A program made the position numbers and the translations under genes. From NCBI GenBank assembly GCA_004284765.1, contig NQJD01000070.1:1-5923 (forward strand): a stretch of DNA of 5,923 nt. The letters run 5' to 3'. Positions 4,268-5,923 of the stretch are shown here, in pieces. Positions within the stretch are counted from its first letter, which is position 1. Each line of letters opens with the position of its first letter. The notes under the pieces are model-generated. The model had not been told where the DNA came from. It saw only the letters and a program-made list of their open reading frames with translations, and did not search any database. The stretch comes from Candidatus Electronema aureum. GTDB taxonomy: Bacteria > Desulfobacterota > Desulfobulbia > Desulfobulbales > Desulfobulbaceae.

Positions 4268-5809
4268 TTATTTCGTGCCGCACAGCCCCCGCACCTTCTC
4301 CAGCAGCTCGAACTCCGCCCTTGCCGTGCAGAAGGCATCCCGGAACGGGCCGGGCACAGTCTGCCAGTTGTCCTTGTCCTCCAGCCAATGCAGGAGGCGG
4401 TCTTGCTGCTCCTTGGCCTGTGGGCTGCCTGCCTTGATTGCCCGCTGATACCACTGCAATGCTCTGGCAAGGTCGTTGTTGCGGTCGTATATGGTGCCGA
4501 TTTGCAGCATGGCGTTGCTGTCGCCTGCTTCGGCTTGGGGCAGCCAGTGGAAGGGGTGGTATTTACTCCAGCGGGCAGGCTTGTCCGGGCTGTCTGCTTT
4601 CTCTTTGTCAGGCTTCAGCTCAAGGCCATCCAGCTTGTAGGGCAGCGTGTTCAGGTCAATCTTGTACTCGCCCTTCTCATCAAGGGAGATGCCTGACCAC
4701 TCGTTGATGTTGTCCTCCAAGTCCCAGAGGCCGATGGCGTTGTCATCGGTGGTAAATGCAAGGGTGCGGCTGTCAGGCGAGAAGGCAATGATACCCTCGG
4801 AACTGATACCTCCTTTTAAGGTACGTACACGCTTGCCGGTTTTTACATCCCAGATGCCGAGAGTGCCGTCCTGAGAGCTGGAGGCAAGGAGGAGACCAGC
4901 GGGCGAAAAGGCCAGCATGTTTAAGGGTGCCGTATGGCCTTTCAGGGTTTGTAGATGTTTGCCCGTAGCTACCTCCCAGATGCCGATAGTGTAATCGTTT
5001 GAATTAGAGACGGCAAAGAGAGAACTGTCTGTGGAAAAGGTAGGGTATCCATCGACCTTCTTGAAAGTTTTTAAATGGCTGCCTGTGGAAACCTCCCAGA
5101 AGTCGATGCCTTTCTTGTAGACATTTGAGGCGGCAATAATTTGACCATCTGGTGAGAAATTGGCTATACTTCCTGCCCCGATCAGCGTCCGCAGACAGTG
5201 CCCGGTCTGCACATCCCATATTCTTATGTTGTTATCCATAGAATCAGAGACGAGAATACGACCATCTGGAGAAAAGACCAAGCTGCCCACGTCATCTGTA
5301 TGTGCTTCAAGAATTTTTAACTGCTTACCCGTAGATACTTTCAACAGGCTGATGCTGTTGCTATACCAAGAGGTGAATGCAATAATGCTGCCATCTGGTG
5401 AGAAAGCAGCATTGGCCAAGCCGCCTGCCATTGCTTGTAAAGGTGTTTTTTGCAAACGCCTGCCGGTGGCCATATCCCAGATGCCAATGGTTTTATCCTT
5501 TGCTACAGAAGCAAGTAGTCGGCCATCTGGTGAAAACCATATGACTATCGCACGCCCTGCATGTCCTTTGAGAGACCTAAGCCTGCCTGCGCTTGCTTCC
5601 CATAGTCCAACAGTATTGTTCCAAAAACCGCCAGAGACAAGTGTCTGGCCGTCAGGAGAAAAAGCAACACTGCGTCCAATCGTGTTTCCTTCTAACATCT
5701 GTACACGTTGGCCGCTCTGTACATCCCAGATGCTTATGATGTTATTGAAAGAGCCGGAGACAAGGGTGCGCCCGTCTGGTGAAAAAGACAGACTGAACCT
5801 AATGTGCAA
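4268..5809 (-). CDS. WD40-repeat protein with C-terminal Sel1-like repeat tail; 5'-truncated (N-terminal region replaced by IS DNA), 513 aa as read
   Basis: Nine units of about 41 aa carry the FSPDG...(I/L)W(D/E)...TG motif (aa 1-367). A 146-aa tail follows, containing AEAGDSNAMLQIGTIYDRNNDLARALQWYQRAIKAGSPQAKEQ (about 4406-4540), which fits the Sel1 repeat consensus. The ORF opens inside the first WD40 blade with a TTG and no SD, 15 nt after an in-frame TAA (5825-5827) that ends a transposase-like reading frame. Confidence 0.8.
   Translation of the reverse strand: MHIRFSLSFSPDGRTLVSGSFNNIISIWDVQSGQRVQMLEGNTIGRSVAFSPDGQTLVSGGFWNNTVGLWEASAGRLRSLKGHAGRAIVIWFSPDGRLLASVAKDKTIGIWDMATGRRLQKTPLQAMAGGLANAAFSPDGSIIAFTSWYSNSISLLKVSTGKQLKILEAHTDDVGSLVFSPDGRILVSDSMDNNIRIWDVQTGHCLRTLIGAGSIANFSPDGQIIAASNVYKKGIDFWEVSTGSHLKTFKKVDGYPTFSTDSSLFAVSNSNDYTIGIWEVATGKHLQTLKGHTAPLNMLAFSPAGLLLASSSQDGTLGIWDVKTGKRVRTLKGGISSEGIIAFSPDSRTLAFTTDDNAIGLWDLEDNINEWSGISLDEKGEYKIDLNTLPYKLDGLELKPDKEKADSPDKPARWSKYHPFHWLPQAEAGDSNAMLQIGTIYDRNNDLARALQWYQRAIKAGSPQAKEQQDRLLHWLEDKDNWQTVPGPFRDAFCTARAEFELLEKVRGLCGTK
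4709..5809 (-). repeat. Array of nine divergent WD40 coding repeats (about 120-140 nt each)
   Basis: The anchor CCATCTGG(T/A)GA(A/G)AA (antisense of FSPDG) recurs near 5145, 5263, 5390, 5521 and 5770, with more divergent versions in between. The repeats are diverged at both protein and DNA level, not recent duplicates. Confidence 0.8.
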
Positions 5810-5923
5810 CTCTTTTAAACTTGATTAGGCAGCAATCAAGCCATCCAAGTCAAGTGGAGGGCGGTTATAGACCAAATTAAGGAAGACACAAACAGTGTGC
5901 GCCAAAATTTTACGAATCAGACG
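5810..5923 (-). mobile_element. Terminal portion of an insertion sequence abutting the truncated WD40 gene
   Basis: A transposase tail ends at 5825, and WD40 homology begins abruptly within about 15-30 nt of it (about 5795-5810). The element terminus is not resolvable from one end only. Confidence 0.4.
5825..5923 (-). CDS. C-terminal end of a DDE transposase (IS982/IS4-like by C-terminal pattern), partial at the right window edge
   Basis: Minus-strand translation from the window edge gives RLIRKILAHTVCVFLNLVYNRPPLDLDGLIAA, then TAA (5825-5827). The hydrophobic helix followed by (K/R)PPL.L..LI resembles C-termini of IS982/IS4-type transposases as I recall them. Only 32 residues are visible, so family assignment is tentative. 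Confidence 0.45.
   Translation of the reverse strand, partial: RLIRKILAHTVCVFLNLVYNRPPLDLDGLIAA

Noticed and set aside
4203-4707. ORFs 4203-4454 -, 4216-4470 -, 4388-4696 + and 4438-4707 + over the Sel1 tail region
   Set aside because: These are off-frame or antisense products of the GC-rich 3' part of the WD40/Sel1 gene, with Gly/Arg/Ala/Cys-rich low-complexity sequences and no start-site support.
5160-5828. 222-aa plus-strand ORF with a recurring RPSGEK motif
   Set aside because: It is the antisense reading of the repeated FSPDG(R/Q) WD40 motif. The periodicity is inherited from the opposite strand, which has the real protein signature.

Overview
IS-scarred, compositionally mosaic accessory region; every supported gene is on the minus strand. 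Right to left: (i) the C-terminal tail of a DDE transposase entering from the right edge (5825-5923). (ii) It abuts a 5'-truncated protein with nine WD40 repeats and a Sel1-like C-terminal tail (4268-5809). (iii) A BrnT/BrnA (DUF497 / BrnA-family) type II toxin-antitoxin pair (3941-4219, 3682-3939). (iv) An orphan 67-aa ORF (3472-3675). (v) A full-length RecD2-type SF1B helicase (991-3468). (vi) An AT-rich spacer carrying a 17-nt motif three times, two copies forming a perfect 17-bp hairpin (803-950). (vii) The N-terminal 128 aa of an IS701/IS4-like transposase (392-778). (viii) That fragment is cut off by an IS630-like element (1 to about 400) whose own transposase is frameshifted. brnT, brnA, orf67 and recD2 are joined by 1-, 6- and 3-nt stop/start junctions. 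recD2 has only a GTG start, no visible Shine-Dalgarno, and lies in frame with orf67 across a single TGA. Hand GC counts show abrupt blocks: about 30-37% (IS630, spacer), about 45% (IS701-like fragment by eye; brnTA and WD40 repeats 1-7 counted), and about 60-68% (recD2, orf67, WD40 repeats 8-9 plus Sel1 tail). One break lies inside the intact WD40 ORF. The most interesting hypothesis is a BrnTA-orf67-RecD2 co-expressed module in a defence-island-like context. However, the helicase looks like a canonical housekeeping RecD2, and the linkage may come from a recent TA insertion or even an assembly chimera. No tRNA, rRNA or CRISPR array was found. All homology calls rest on motif recognition by eye; no searches were possible.
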